32,000 nucleotides of DNA from Synechococcus elongatus PCC 6301 (lineage in GTDB: Bacteria; Cyanobacteriota; Cyanobacteriia; Synechococcales; Synechococcaceae): contig NC_006576.1 of NCBI RefSeq assembly GCF_000010065.1, positions 120,001 to 152,000 of the forward strand, read 5' to 3'. Each line of letters begins with the position of its first letter. Within the stretch, counting starts at the first letter, position 1. The position numbers were made by a program, and so were the translations under genes. Of the stretch, positions 1-9,233 are shown one piece after another. Under the pieces are notes generated by a model. The model had not been told where the DNA came from. It saw only the letters and a list, made by a program, of their open reading frames with translations, and made no database searches.

Positions 1-308
1 GCACCGCAGTGCGAGTGACCGCAGACCACAACATGCTCAATGTTCAAAGCTGCGATCGCGTATTCGATCGATGCCCCTTCACCACCGTTGGCGGCACCGA
101 AGGGCGGGATCAGATTGCCAGCGTTGCGAATGACGAACAGCTCACCCATGCCCGACTGGGTAATGAGGTTAGGGTCAATGCGCGAGTCTGAGCAGGTAAT
201 GAACAGGACTCGAGGGTGCTGACCTTTGGCAAACTGCTCGAACAGGTCCCGATGAGACGGGTAGTAGGACGTACGGAAATGCCGTAACCCCTCGATGAGC
301 TTGCGCAT
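1..308 (-). CDS. icfA: beta-class carbonic anhydrase (carboxysomal CA IcfA/CcaA), N-terminal part only; the gene runs off the left edge
   Basis: Absent from the ORF track because the window edge truncates it. Reverse-strand translation from the ATG (rc of 306-308) gives MRKLIEGLRHFRTSYYPSHRDLFEQFAKGQHPRVLFITCSDSRIDPNLITQSGMGELFVIRNAGNLIPPFGAANGGEGASIEYAIAALNIEHVVVCGHSHCG. It carries the beta-CA zinc-ligand motifs CSDSR and HxxC and matches my recollection of the S. elongatus IcfA N-terminus. Confidence 0.9.
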   Translation of the reverse strand, partial: MRKLIEGLRHFRTSYYPSHRDLFEQFAKGQHPRVLFITCSDSRIDPNLITQSGMGELFVIRNAGNLIPPFGAANGGEGASIEYAIAALNIEHVVVCGHSHCG

Positions 309-454
309 GCCAGTGATACTCGGGACTGAGAAGCATTATCGCGGAGAAGCGATCGCCCGCCTACAAGCTTTGCAAAATCCGATGGAGTCGATAAGTGCAG
401 ACAATCCCTCAGCTGGGTAGGCTAAGGCCACAGAGATTCCCTGAGGAGTGCAGC

Positions 455-874
455 ATGCGAGTTTTGAGTGGGGCAGCAGTGGTCAGCGCCATCAGCGTGA
501 TCGGAGTCCCTGTCGCAGTCATGGCTCAGCCAGCCCCTAGCAGTCTCTACGGCACAACGCTGATCTATCTCACTTGCGTCAACCTCAATAACGGCACGAT
601 TACCCGTCAGGATCTCTCCAGTCTGAGCGATCGCCAATACAATGCGCTGCTGCCAATTTGTAACTCTCTACAAGATGGCAAGATTACGCCTGAAGAAACG
701 GTGGCAATCCAGACTCGACTCAAGCAGGAAAGCAGGCAAATCAATCAGGATGTTGCTCAACAACTCCAAAGCCAGCCCTACTTACAAGGAGCGCAAATTG
801 ATCTGCAGTCGGTTGAAACTATCAACCAAATTAACTCGATTTTCAATACAACTTTTACACCCGCTCCTTTTTAG
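455..874 (+). CDS. hypothetical exported protein (139 aa from the ATG at 455; the track ORF begins at a GTG at 395)
   Basis: ORF 395..874. The internal ATG at 455 gives MRVLSGAAVVSAISVIGVPVAVMAQP, a typical Sec signal peptide with an AxA-like cleavage site. The remainder is Q/N/S-rich and I recognise no family. Confidence 0.6.
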   Translation: MRVLSGAAVVSAISVIGVPVAVMAQPAPSSLYGTTLIYLTCVNLNNGTITRQDLSSLSDRQYNALLPICNSLQDGKITPEETVAIQTRLKQESRQINQDVAQQLQSQPYLQGAQIDLQSVETINQINSIFNTTFTPAPF

Positions 875-979
875 CGAGACGCCATACAGCAAAGCACTAG
901 GCGCGATCGCTGCAGGCTACTCCACAGCTTGGATCACTACCCACAGGATTTGGAGAACAGCCCCTATCTAGGCGAAGAG

Positions 980-2095
980 ATGTTGAAACTTACTGTCGCT
1001 AACACTGTGACGGCACTGATTCAAGGTGACATCAGCGAACACTATTCTATTCGTCAGATTCCTCTGCAAGGGGAGGTGATTGGCCTAGGCACCACCACCG
1101 AAATTGATAACGGCGAGCTCTGTTTCTTGCCAGAAGGGGATGCCACCACTATCTACAAAGGGGAACCGCAAACGGGAGCAGCAATTTTTCAGGATCCGAG
1201 TTCAGAGCTGATTCATTTCCCCTATGTCTGCTTCACCAGTAATGGCGCTGGACTGGGGATCTCTGTTGACGCCGCTAGCCTGCCGCCGGTTGAAGCAGGG
1301 CTGCAAGCTATGGTTGCCGCTGCGATCGCTCAGATCGATTCCCCAGCCGATTACTTTGGTATCCGTCTGCAAGCCCACTGGCAAGCCTTGGTAGTGACAG
1401 TTGCTGCCAAGCTCTGTCTCTGGCAACGGGGGCGGTTGCTGCGCGATCGCCAAGAGGACAATGTCTACGAGAGCCTCAAGCACTTTTACTTTGCCGAACA
1501 GTCAGGTGACCCGCTCCATCATTTCCTTGGGCCTGCCCCCGTCTGGAATCTCAGTGGCTTTTATGCGCGCCATCCTGAAACGGGGCTTGTGACTGTACCG
1601 CAGGCGAATGCTCACCTTCACATTCACGGTTGCTCAAGCGATTTGCGCTTCGCAGGGCACATCCACCATGAACATCCCAATACGAGACTGAGATTGATTC
1701 AAGGGTTGATCCTCTATCCGATTGCAGCTGTCGAGGTGCTGAAGGCTGACTTGGCAGTGATAGATCTCCGTATCGAGGAGGATTTACTACGATTCACGAT
1801 TGCCAACCAAGGCCGAATGGATGTTAGTGATGCGGATGTGGTGATCGTGGTTAACAACAGCTATCGGGGGCATCGTGCCCTGCGCTTACCCTGGTTAGCC
1901 CAAGGCGATCGTGAAGACGTGGCCTATCCGATTGCTGGGTTGCCGTTACAGGCAGGCACAAACTTGATTGAAGTGATTGCCAATCCTGATCAAACCATTC
2001 TGGAAGAGAATCTCAGTGATAATCGGGCCAGTATCACTACAGTCTTTACGCCCAGTCTGATGCAACCTTGTTCTGAAGACTCGCTGAGTGCTTAA
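980..2095 (+). CDS. hypothetical protein with a C-terminal CARDB-like beta-sandwich domain (371 aa from the ATG at 980; the track ORF starts at a TTG at 929)
   Basis: ORF 929..2095. The C-terminal ~100 aa (LAVIDLRIEEDLLRFTIANQGRMDVSDADVVIVVNNSY...LQAGTNLIEVIANPDQTILEENLSDNRASITT) follow the CARDB pattern N-G....v.v........l..l.aG....v...v.D..n.v.E.nesNN. There is a His-rich segment HLHIHGCSSDLRFAGHIHHEH. The N-terminal ~270 aa are unrecognised. Confidence 0.65.
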   Translation: MLKLTVANTVTALIQGDISEHYSIRQIPLQGEVIGLGTTTEIDNGELCFLPEGDATTIYKGEPQTGAAIFQDPSSELIHFPYVCFTSNGAGLGISVDAASLPPVEAGLQAMVAAAIAQIDSPADYFGIRLQAHWQALVVTVAAKLCLWQRGRLLRDRQEDNVYESLKHFYFAEQSGDPLHHFLGPAPVWNLSGFYARHPETGLVTVPQANAHLHIHGCSSDLRFAGHIHHEHPNTRLRLIQGLILYPIAAVEVLKADLAVIDLRIEEDLLRFTIANQGRMDVSDADVVIVVNNSYRGHRALRLPWLAQGDREDVAYPIAGLPLQAGTNLIEVIANPDQTILEENLSDNRASITTVFTPSLMQPCSEDSLSA

Positions 2096-2172
2096 AATTT
2101 AAAATGGAAATTTTTAATTCAATCTATAAACCTGATCTTTAGATTTATCTTTGGCAGTTAAAACCCAATTAT

Positions 2173-2466
2173 TCAGCCCAAAAGTTTCTCAGGATTGAGT
2201 TGGCAATTGTCTGAGATCGACTCTATAGTCGAAGTACTGCAGACGATGCAGTCAAGAACTGTAAGCTGACCTCCTGACGAGGCAGCTTTTTTTTGATTAA
2301 GCGATCGCTTCTGCAAACAATTTCTCCACTCTTTCGACAAGGTATCAGCCTCCCACCGTTCACCCTCATCCCAGAGGAGCAGAACTATTTGTAGCGGTAC
2401 GACACTGATATAGATCAAGACCAGCACTAAAAAGCGGAACCCCGACAAGTCGAGATTCCGCAGCAC
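2173..2466 (-). CDS. doubtful small ORF (97 aa, one predicted TM helix) in an AT-rich spacer
   Basis: ORF-track entry with a hydrophobic stretch FRFLVLVLIYISVVPLQIVLLLW. Its first ~11 codons are encoded by the fbaA terminator hairpin (2434-2461), there is no internal Met and I recognise no family. Listed only because nothing else occupies the spacer. Confidence 0.25.
   Translation of the reverse strand: MLRNLDLSGFRFLVLVLIYISVVPLQIVLLLWDEGERWEADTLSKEWRNCLQKRSLNQKKAASSGGQLTVLDCIVCSTSTIESISDNCQLNPEKLLG
2429..2461 (-). terminator. rho-independent terminator of fbaA
   Basis: The minus-strand RNA reads GCGGAAUCUCGA-CUUG-UCGGGGUUCCGC followed by UUUUU. That is a 12-bp stem (two G.U pairs that form only on the minus transcript) with a 4-nt loop, ~46 nt after the fbaA stop at 2508. 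Confidence 0.75.
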
Positions 2467-2507
2467 TCCAGAGAGGTAAAGTGAGGGCGCGATCGCCTCC
2501 TTAGGGT

Positions 2508-3581
2508 TTAGGCAAACACTTTGGTTTGAGCGCGCAGTTCGCCTTTGGCGTATTTCGCTGCGAACTCATCCAAGCCTTCTTGCTTGATCTTGCTGGCTTG
2601 TCCAGCGGTATTGAAGGCCACGTAGCGATCGACGCACACTTGTTTCATGTACTTGATCGCCGGTTTGTTGAAGTGGCGGGGGTCAAAGTTGCTGGGGTCT
2701 TTGGCCGCTGCTTCACGAACCGCAGCCGTAAAGGCCAAGCGGTTATCGGTGTCGATGTTGATTTTGCGGACGCCGAGTTTGATCGCTTTTTGGATCTCTT
2801 CGACAGGTACGCCGTAGGTCTCGGGAATCTGACCGCCGTATTCGTTGATCAGTTCCAGCAGCTCTTGGGGAACCGACGAAGAACCGTGCATCACCAAGTG
2901 GGTATTGGGCAGACGACGGTGGATTTCTTCGATGCGGCTGATCGCCAAGATTTCGCCCGTCGGTTTGCGGGTGAATTTGTAAGCGCCGTGGCTGGTGCCG
3001 ATCGCAACAGCCAGAGCGTCGACTTGCGTTTTTTCAACGAAGTCAACAGCCTGGTCAGGGTCGGTCAGTAGTTGCGAATGGTCGAGGGTGCCCTCGAAAC
3101 CATGGCCGTCTTCGGCTTCACCTTTGCCGGTTTCCAAGGAACCCAAGCAACCTAGCTCGCCTTCAACGCTGACGCCGATTGAGTGAGCCACGTCCACCAC
3201 TTGACGGGTCACTTCAACGTTGTACTCGTAGCTGGCAGGGGTTTTAGCGTCGGCTTCCAAGGAGCCGTCCATCATCACGCTGGTAAAGCCGTTTTTGATG
3301 GCGGAGTAGCAGGTCGCCGGGCTGTTGCCATGGTCTTGGTGCATGGCGATGGGGATGTGGGGGTAGGTTTCCACAGCCGCCAGAATCAGGTGGCGCAAGA
3401 AGTTTTCGCCAGCGTAGCTGCGGGCACCCCGAGACGCTTGCAGAATGACAGGGCTATCAGTTTCGTCTGCCGCTTGCAGAATCGACTGAACCTGCTCCAG
3501 GTTGTTGACGTTGAAAGCAGGAATGCCGTATTCGTTCTCAGCTGCATGATCAAGCATGAGCCGCAAGGGTACGAGCGCCAT
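2508..3581 (-). CDS. fbaA: class II fructose-1,6-bisphosphate aldolase (357 aa)
   Basis: The translation [30 protein letters not shown]...HQDHG...HGSSSVPQE... is unmistakably class II FBA/CbbA. The start is taken at the ATG (rc 3579-3581), preceded by GGAGGA 7 nt upstream. The track's 23 extra N-terminal codons (to 3650) are not aldolase-like. Confidence 0.95.
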   Translation of the reverse strand: MALVPLRLMLDHAAENEYGIPAFNVNNLEQVQSILQAADETDSPVILQASRGARSYAGENFLRHLILAAVETYPHIPIAMHQDHGNSPATCYSAIKNGFTSVMMDGSLEADAKTPASYEYNVEVTRQVVDVAHSIGVSVEGELGCLGSLETGKGEAEDGHGFEGTLDHSQLLTDPDQAVDFVEKTQVDALAVAIGTSHGAYKFTRKPTGEILAISRIEEIHRRLPNTHLVMHGSSSVPQELLELINEYGGQIPETYGVPVEEIQKAIKLGVRKINIDTDNRLAFTAAVREAAAKDPSNFDPRHFNKPAIKYMKQVCVDRYVAFNTAGQASKIKQEGLDEFAAKYAKGELRAQTKVFA

Positions 3582-3822
3582 AGAAGGTCCTCCGACTTGG
3601 GTTCCTGAATGCTGACGACCTGTTCGACCAGGCCGCAACTCTCTGTTCAAACAATCTTAGGCTAAGGGCAGCCCCGCAGACGGTCGCGAGCAATGCCAAG
3701 GGGGATCAAGCGGCGATCGCGACTTCTTTTGCCACAAAAACCTGGTGATCGTGCATCGAGTTAACGACTGAAGGCAGACGTTCTCTCAATCACTATTAAG
3801 GGATTGGTGGTGCTTGAAAAAA

Positions 3823-3894
3823 TGGGTCGCCTGGGATTCGAACCCAGGACCAATCGGTTAAAAGCCGAGTGCTCTACCGCTGAGCTAGCGACCC
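3823..3894 (-). tRNA. tRNA-Lys (anticodon UUU), 72 nt, CCA not encoded
   Basis: The reverse complement reads GGGTCGC-TA-GCTC-AGCGGTA-GAGC-A-CTCGG-CTTTTAA-CCGAT-TGGTC-CTGGG-TTCGAAT-CCCAG-GCGACCC-A. This is a canonical cloverleaf with a 7-bp acceptor, GG in the D-loop, TTCGAAT in the T-loop and anticodon loop C-U-UUU-A-A. A T-run follows the 3' end. Confidence 0.93.
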
Positions 3895-3964
3895 ATGCCT
3901 GATTGAGGCACGTTTTTTAATTTAGCATAAACGCCTGATCTCGCAAGTAGTCGGACCTGAGACT

Positions 3965-4399
3965 TCAGGTAGAGGGTTCCAGACGGGTCTGGAAGCGCAG
4001 AAACTCTAGCGGCAACCCATCACGATCGCTCAGAAACATCACTTCGTAGATGCTGGTGCCAATCTGCTGCTGGCGTGGCGTGAGTAAGACGGGCGCGGGT
4101 GCTTCGCCCTGAGCTTGCAGTCTGACCTGAAATTCATCCAGCCACTGACTGAGATTGGGAGTCAGTGCGGTTAGGTCAAAAGAAAGATGGTAATAGCCGG
4201 TGTAGTGCTCGTCGTGGAAGGCATCAGCAGCAGGTCGGGGTTGGGGCACTTGCAGGAGTTCGATGCGGCCGCCCAAACCTTCCATCCAGCAAGCCAAAGT
4301 GTAGCCAGCGGTGAATCGCTCGCAAACCTGAAATCCTAGAAGTTCGTAGAAGTCGATCGCGCGGTGGATATCGGCGGTACGAATCGATGCATGGTGCAT
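3965..4399 (-). CDS. VOC (glyoxalase / bleomycin-resistance / dioxygenase) family protein, 144 aa
   Basis: The N-terminus MHHASIRTADIHRAIDFYELLGFQV and the later ...GYYHLSFDL... / ...GLPLEF match the paired beta-alpha-beta-beta-beta VOC fold motifs (H...E metal ligands). The substrate cannot be assigned. Confidence 0.8.
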   Translation of the reverse strand: MHHASIRTADIHRAIDFYELLGFQVCERFTAGYTLACWMEGLGGRIELLQVPQPRPAADAFHDEHYTGYYHLSFDLTALTPNLSQWLDEFQVRLQAQGEAPAPVLLTPRQQQIGTSIYEVMFLSDRDGLPLEFLRFQTRLEPST

Positions 4400-4646
4400 G
4401 GTGGGTCAGGGCGCAAGTGGGTGTGGATAGTTGGGTTGTGATGATTCTGGTCTATCAATCAAAACCTTTGTCCGTGGGGGTGATTGCGCACCCCCACACC
4501 CACGCACTGGGGGCCTCGACTCCCCCAGCCCCCCCGCAACAGGATGGTCGGTGGGACTGCCCGGGTAAGAGCCAGACATTGCAATTAGTCGGCTTGCGGG
4601 AGCAGGCGTTTGGGTTTGAGGCTCCAACAGCACTCCAAGGGCAGTC

Positions 4647-5624
4647 ATGATGTCTGCGTCACTGACGACGATCGCGGTCTTGGGGTTGGCGGCCTTGCTG
4701 GATTACGGTGTCGGCGATCCCTGGGGTTGGCCGCATCCGGTGCAGGCTTTGGGCTGGGTCATCGCTTGCTGGCGCGACTGGACGTTTCGCTGGCTGAAAT
4801 CTGCGATCGCTCAGCGGATCTCAGGCATGGTCCTGACGATTGTTCTGGTGGCTGGTAGCGCGATCGCTAGCTGGGTTGCTTTTGGGGCGATCGCTCGTCT
4901 CTCACCACTCCTCTCGGCAGGTCTGCAAGTGATTCTGCTGGCAAGCTGTTTCGCCGGTCGCAGCTTGCGGGAAGCAGCTGCGGAAGTTCTGAAACCCCTA
5001 GCTGCTGAGGATTTGCCAGCAGCTCGAAGGGCACTGAGTCGCTACGTGGGCCGCGATACTGATCAGCTGTCGGCGCTCGAAATTCAGCGAGCGGTGCTGG
5101 AAACGGTGACTGAAAATTCGACGGATGGTGTTTTGGCACCACTGTTCTATGCCGGATTAGGAGTATTGCTGGGACTTGGCCCTGTTCCGTTGGCGATCGC
5201 CTATAAGGCTGCCAGCACCTTGGATTCGATGGTGGGCTACCGCCGCCCGCCCTACACGAACCTAGGTTGGTTTCCAGCTCGTAGCGAGGATGTCTGGACT
5301 TGGTTGCCCTGCCGCTTGGTGGTGCTGACGATCGCGCTATTCAGTGGTCAGCCCCGACAGGTCTGGCAAATTTGCTGCCGCGATGCTCCGGCGGATCCCA
5401 GTCCCAATGCAGGCTGGAGCGAAGCGGCCTACGCAGCTGCGCTGGGGGTTCAAGTCGGCGGCGACAACGTCTACCAAGGTCAAATCGTCTCGAAGCCGCT
5501 ACTGGGGGATCCACAGCGATCGCTGGATGCCACAGTCATTCAGCAAGCCTTGCAGTTAACCCGCATCGCTTTTTTGCTTTGGTTAGCTGTGATCGCGGGA
5601 CTGCTACTAGCGTTGGGGCATTAG
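4647..5624 (+). CDS. cobD: adenosylcobinamide-phosphate synthase (CobD/CbiB), polytopic membrane protein
   Basis: The 325-aa translation starts ...[21 protein letters not shown] and contains ...[10 protein letters not shown]....I.RA.LET..EN..DGV.APLFY... and NAGW.EAA.A.ALG, which are signatures of the CobD/CbiB family. Confidence 0.9.
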
Positions 5625-5704
5625 AAACCCTGCCGGCTCACAGTGGTGTTCCAAGATGGGCGTCCCCCAGCCCAGTATTCTGGGAAAGGCTTTTTCCAGA
5701 TTCC

Positions 5705-6625
5705 ATGCGCGTTCGTGTCGCTGTTCCTGCTACGACGGCCAATCTTGGTCCGGGTTTCGACTGCCTTGGGGCAGCTCTGACGCTCTACAACCACTTCTGG
5801 TTTGCGCCTGCCTCAACCGGCGAGCTAGAGATTACGGCGCGGGGCATGGATGCCGAGAAGATCAGCGGCGATCGCGACAATCTGGTTTATCGCGCTTTCG
5901 CGGCGTTTTTTGAAAAGCAGGAGCAGCCGGTTCCAGCACTCAAGCTGGAAATTGAGCTGGCGGTGCCGCTAGCACGAGGTTTAGGCAGTTCTGCGACTGC
6001 GATCGTCGCCGGTTTGGTGGGGGCGAATGCGCTGGCCGGCAGCCCTTGGAGCAATGCACAACTCTGCGATCTAGCAACGGAGCTGGAAGGCCACCCCGAC
6101 AATGTGGTGCCGGCGCTCCTCGGTGGTTGTCGCTTGGCGGCTCGCGATCGCCAGAATCAATGGGCGATCGCCGATCTCGACTGGCACCCCGACTTCATCC
6201 CAGTTGTCGCGATTCCGGACTTCGAGCTTTCGACCGAAGCGGCACGGCAGGTTCTCCCCACTCAATACAGCCGCAGTGATGCGATTTTCAATGCTGCTCA
6301 CGTTGGCCTTGTGGTGCGATCGCTGGCCAGCGGTAATGGCGAATGGCTAGCAGCCGCACTGCAGGATCGCCTCCATCAGCCCTACCGCCAGGCCCTGATT
6401 CCGGGCTACGCAGCGGTGGAAACTGCTGCCCTGGAAGCTGGTGCTTTTGGTCTGGTGATCAGTGGCGCAGGCCCGACTTTGCTGGCGATCTCCAGCCCCG
6501 ATCGCGCCGAAGCGGTACGCCAGGCCATGCTGACAACTTGGCAGGCAACCGGCCTCTCGGTCCGGGCTGAAATTTTGGCGATCGCGGAGTCCGGGACGCA
6601 GATTGAGCAGGAAACCGAAAATTAA
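5705..6625 (+). CDS. thrB: homoserine kinase (306 aa)
   Basis: From the ATG at 5705: [25 protein letters not shown]..., with the GHMP-kinase phosphate-binding motif [16 protein letters not shown]. The track ORF (5300..) is an out-of-context N-terminal extension that overlaps cobD in another frame. Confidence 0.92.
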
Positions 6626-6678
6626 AGCGCCAATTGCGTCACAAAAATTTACAATGTAAAAAAGTGGCGATCGCCAAC

Positions 6679-6708
6679 TTGAGTATTTTTACTCAGTCCA
6701 GGTATATA
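6679..6708 (+). promoter_or_regulatory. candidate sigma70-type promoter of ndhD
   Basis: TTGAGT (6679-6684), 18-nt spacer, TATATA (6703-6708; the overlapping TATACT is also possible), ~60 nt upstream of the ndhD ATG. Motif match only. Confidence 0.3.
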
Positions 6709-6767
6709 CTGGTTGCCAAGCCACTAAGCAAATCTGCTTATCGACCAGGCTTGCACCTGGAGACCCG

Positions 6768-8369
6768 ATGACAAGCGAACAATTTCCCTGGCTTACAGGC
6801 ATTATCCTGCTGCCGATCTTGGCAGCGCTTCCCATCCCACTGATCCCTGACAAGGACGGTCGGACAGTCCGCTGGTACTCCTTATTTGTGGGGCTGGCGG
6901 ACTTTGCGTTGATGGTCTACGCCTTCTGGCAGCATTTCGATCGCAGTGAAGCAGGGCTTCAGATGGTCGAAAAGATTAGCTGGGTGCCGCAAATCGGGCT
7001 CAACTGGTCCTTAGCTGTCGATGGTCTATCGATGCCCTTGGTTCTGCTGACTGGCTTGGTCACCACCCTGGCAATCCTGGCCTCGTGGAACATCAACGTT
7101 AAACCCAAGTTGTTCCACTTCCTATTGCTGCTGCTCTACGGCGCTCAGATTGCCGTGTTCACAGCTCAAGACATGATGCTCTTCTTCCTTGTCTGGGAAC
7201 TGGAGCTGGTTCCGGTCTACCTGCTGATCTCGATTTGGGGTGGCCCCAAACGGCAGTACGCGGCAACCAAATTCATCCTTTACACTGCCTTAGCCTCCTT
7301 ATTCATCTTGGTGGCTGGTCTGGCTTTAGCCTTCAGTGGCGACAGCTTTAGCTTTGACCTGACTGAACTTGGCCTTAAGGATTACAGCCTCTGGTTGGAA
7401 TTACTGGCCTACGCTGGTTTCTTGATCGCCTTTGGCGTCAAGCTGTCGATCTTCCCGCTCCATACGTGGTTGCCGGATGCCCACGGCGAAGCCAATGCAC
7501 CCGGTTCGATGCTGCTGGCCGGCATTCTCTTGAAGATGGGCGGCTACGCGCTGATTCGCTTTAACGTGCAGCTTCTGCCAGAGGCGCATATCCGTTTTGC
7601 ACCTGTTCTTGCCGTGCTTGGCATTGTCAACATCATCTACGGCGCGCTTAATGCCTTTGCCCAGGACAACCTGAAGCGCAAGATCGCCTACTCCTCGATC
7701 TCGCACATGGGCTTTGTCCTTTTGGGAATTGCCGCTTACAACAGCTTGGGATTGAATGGCGCTCTGCTGCAGATGCTCTCCCATGGTCTGATTGCAGCGG
7801 CACTCTTCTTCTTGGCCGGTGTTGCCTACGAGCGCACCCACACGCTGCAGATTCCCCAAATCAGTGGGCTTGCCAAGCAAATGCCGATTACCTTCGCTCT
7901 CTTTACCGTCACCGCCATGGCATCCTTAGCGCTGCCCGGCATGAGTGGCTTTGTCAGCGAACTAACGGTGTTCTTGGGCTTTACCGATAGCGTTTACAGC
8001 AGTGGTTTCCGAACCGTCACGATTCTGCTGGCGGCTGTTGGTCTCGTCTTGACGCCGATGTATCTGCTCTCGATGCTGCGGCGGATCTTTTACGGCACCT
8101 ACAACATCCAACTGGGGCAAGTTCTGGCTGATGCCAAACCTCGAGAGCTATTCGTTGCCTTCTGCCTCTTGGTTCCGACCCTAGCGATCGGTTTCTATCC
8201 GAAGCTGACGACGCAGGTGTACGACGTGACCACGACGGCTCTGGCGGCTCAGGTACAGTCCAACTTGCCGGTCGTGGCGCTGGCCCAGCAGGGAAGTCTC
8301 TACTCCCAGATGCCGGCTGCTGAAGAAGCCACTGCGGTCTCGATGACTGCTCCGCCTGTGATCGACTGA
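6768..8369 (+). CDS. ndhD: NAD(P)H-quinone oxidoreductase (NDH-1) subunit 4 / NdhD, 533 aa
   Basis: This is a polytopic Mrp-antiporter-like NuoM/NdhD sequence (…[27 protein letters not shown]…). GGAG lies 7 nt before the ATG. The gene is monocistronic, not next to ndhF3/F4 or cupA/B, so it is probably a D1/D2-type paralogue rather than a CO2-uptake D3/D4; that assignment is an inference. Confidence 0.93.
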
Positions 8370-8398
8370 ATCTGGGCTTGGCGATCGCTCTAACAATG

Positions 8399-8428
8399 AC
8401 AAGGGTTGAAGGCAACTTCAGCCCTTGT
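8399..8428 (+). terminator. probable ndhD terminator hairpin
   Basis: ACAAGGGUUGAAG-GCAA-CUUCAGCCCUUGU: a 13-bp stem (one U.G) with a 4-nt loop, 30 nt after the ndhD stop, followed by the U-rich UCUAUCUCUACU rather than a clean U-tract. Confidence 0.55.
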
Positions 8429-8507
8429 TCTATCTCTACTCGCAACAGTTCGTATCGTTGCTAACAGTTCAGCCAGGGGGGGCCTAGCTAGGATAAAGAG
8501 GTCAAGC

Positions 8508-9002
8508 ATGGTTGCAATGAGGGTCTGCCCAGTGGTGACAGTACCAGAAGCGACTTGGGAGCAAGTAAGCTTCGCGTCAACCTTGCACCTTGAGCCGATC
8601 TTGTCTGTGCTCTTACGCCAGGTTCCAGCCCGCCACCGTCAGGAACTGCAACTGGGTTTACAGGAAGCGCTCGTCAATGCTGTCAAACACGGCAACTGCT
8701 CTGACCCCAGCAAACTCATCACTGTTCAGTACACTCGCTCTGGTGCCCACCACTGGTGGGTGGTCACTGACCAGGGATGTGGCTTTGGCGACTGCCTGCA
8801 AGAGACGCAGTCCCATGCCTGTCAACTACCTGACAGCAGCTGGGAATCGGGCCGAGGCTTATATATTTTGCGCCAAGTTTTCGACCAGGTAATTTGGAAC
8901 GAAACGGGTAATCAGCTCCGGCTTTGCCGCTATCTACCACACCCGCTGGTCGCCTGGCAGCCCAAGCCTGATCAAATGCTTGTTCGCTGGGCGATGTCCT
9001 GA
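8508..9002 (+). CDS. anti-sigma regulatory factor-like Ser/Thr kinase (RsbW/SpoIIAB-type HATPase domain), 164 aa
   Basis: From the ATG at 8508 (GAGG 9 nt upstream). It has an N-box-like EALVNAVKHGN, a G1-like VVTDQGCGF and a G2-like GRGLYILRQV, the pattern of single-domain HATPase anti-sigma factors. The track's upstream TTG/GTG-type start at 8406 adds a non-homologous leader. Confidence 0.7.
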   Translation: MVAMRVCPVVTVPEATWEQVSFASTLHLEPILSVLLRQVPARHRQELQLGLQEALVNAVKHGNCSDPSKLITVQYTRSGAHHWWVVTDQGCGFGDCLQETQSHACQLPDSSWESGRGLYILRQVFDQVIWNETGNQLRLCRYLPHPLVAWQPKPDQMLVRWAMS

Positions 9003-9233
9003 CTTGCTGAAGCTGGGGGGCTTGTCTCAGCCGGTATTTGACCGGACCTGGGCAAGCTGATTCAATCCTCGTCATCATGACAAATTGCTGTGGAGGCTAG
9101 CTGAGCAACTGCTAGCAGGCAGTTGAGCAAGTGATGAGCGATGTCTTCAGTCATCTCCTGATCACAATGCCACGGTCGCTGGTGGGCCGAGACTCAGCGC
9201 GTAATTCAGCAGGTATTGTGGCTAGCCCGATCC

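Noticed and set aside
2526-3608. Plus-strand ORFs (2526..3071, 2995..3186, 3183..3608) antisense to fbaA
   Set aside because: These are shadow ORFs opposite a strongly conserved, codon-biased gene. The translations are not protein-like (runs of V/G/A/R/F) and have no start context.
4440-4646. Possible cobalamin riboswitch upstream of cobD
   Set aside because: The context is attractive and there is a CCCGCAAC octamer and an AGCCAGAC stretch that vaguely recall the B12 element. However, I cannot find the conserved GGGAA / GGUG..AA..CC core. The order of elements is also wrong relative to the consensus, because the CACUG-like segment precedes CCCGCAAC. A cmsearch with RF00174 would settle it.
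5300-5704. N-terminal 135 codons of the track ORF 5300..6625 (upstream of the thrB ATG)
   Set aside because: This stretch overlaps the 3' third of cobD in another frame and is Arg/Ser/Gly-rich nonsense. Homoserine kinase homology begins exactly at [19 protein letters not shown] (ATG at 5705).
6648-6660. Palindrome TTTACA-A-TGTAAA after thrB, considered as a thrB terminator
   Set aside because: A 1-nt spacer cannot form a hairpin loop. It may be a protein-binding dyad or chance in an A/T tract, and there is no supporting context.
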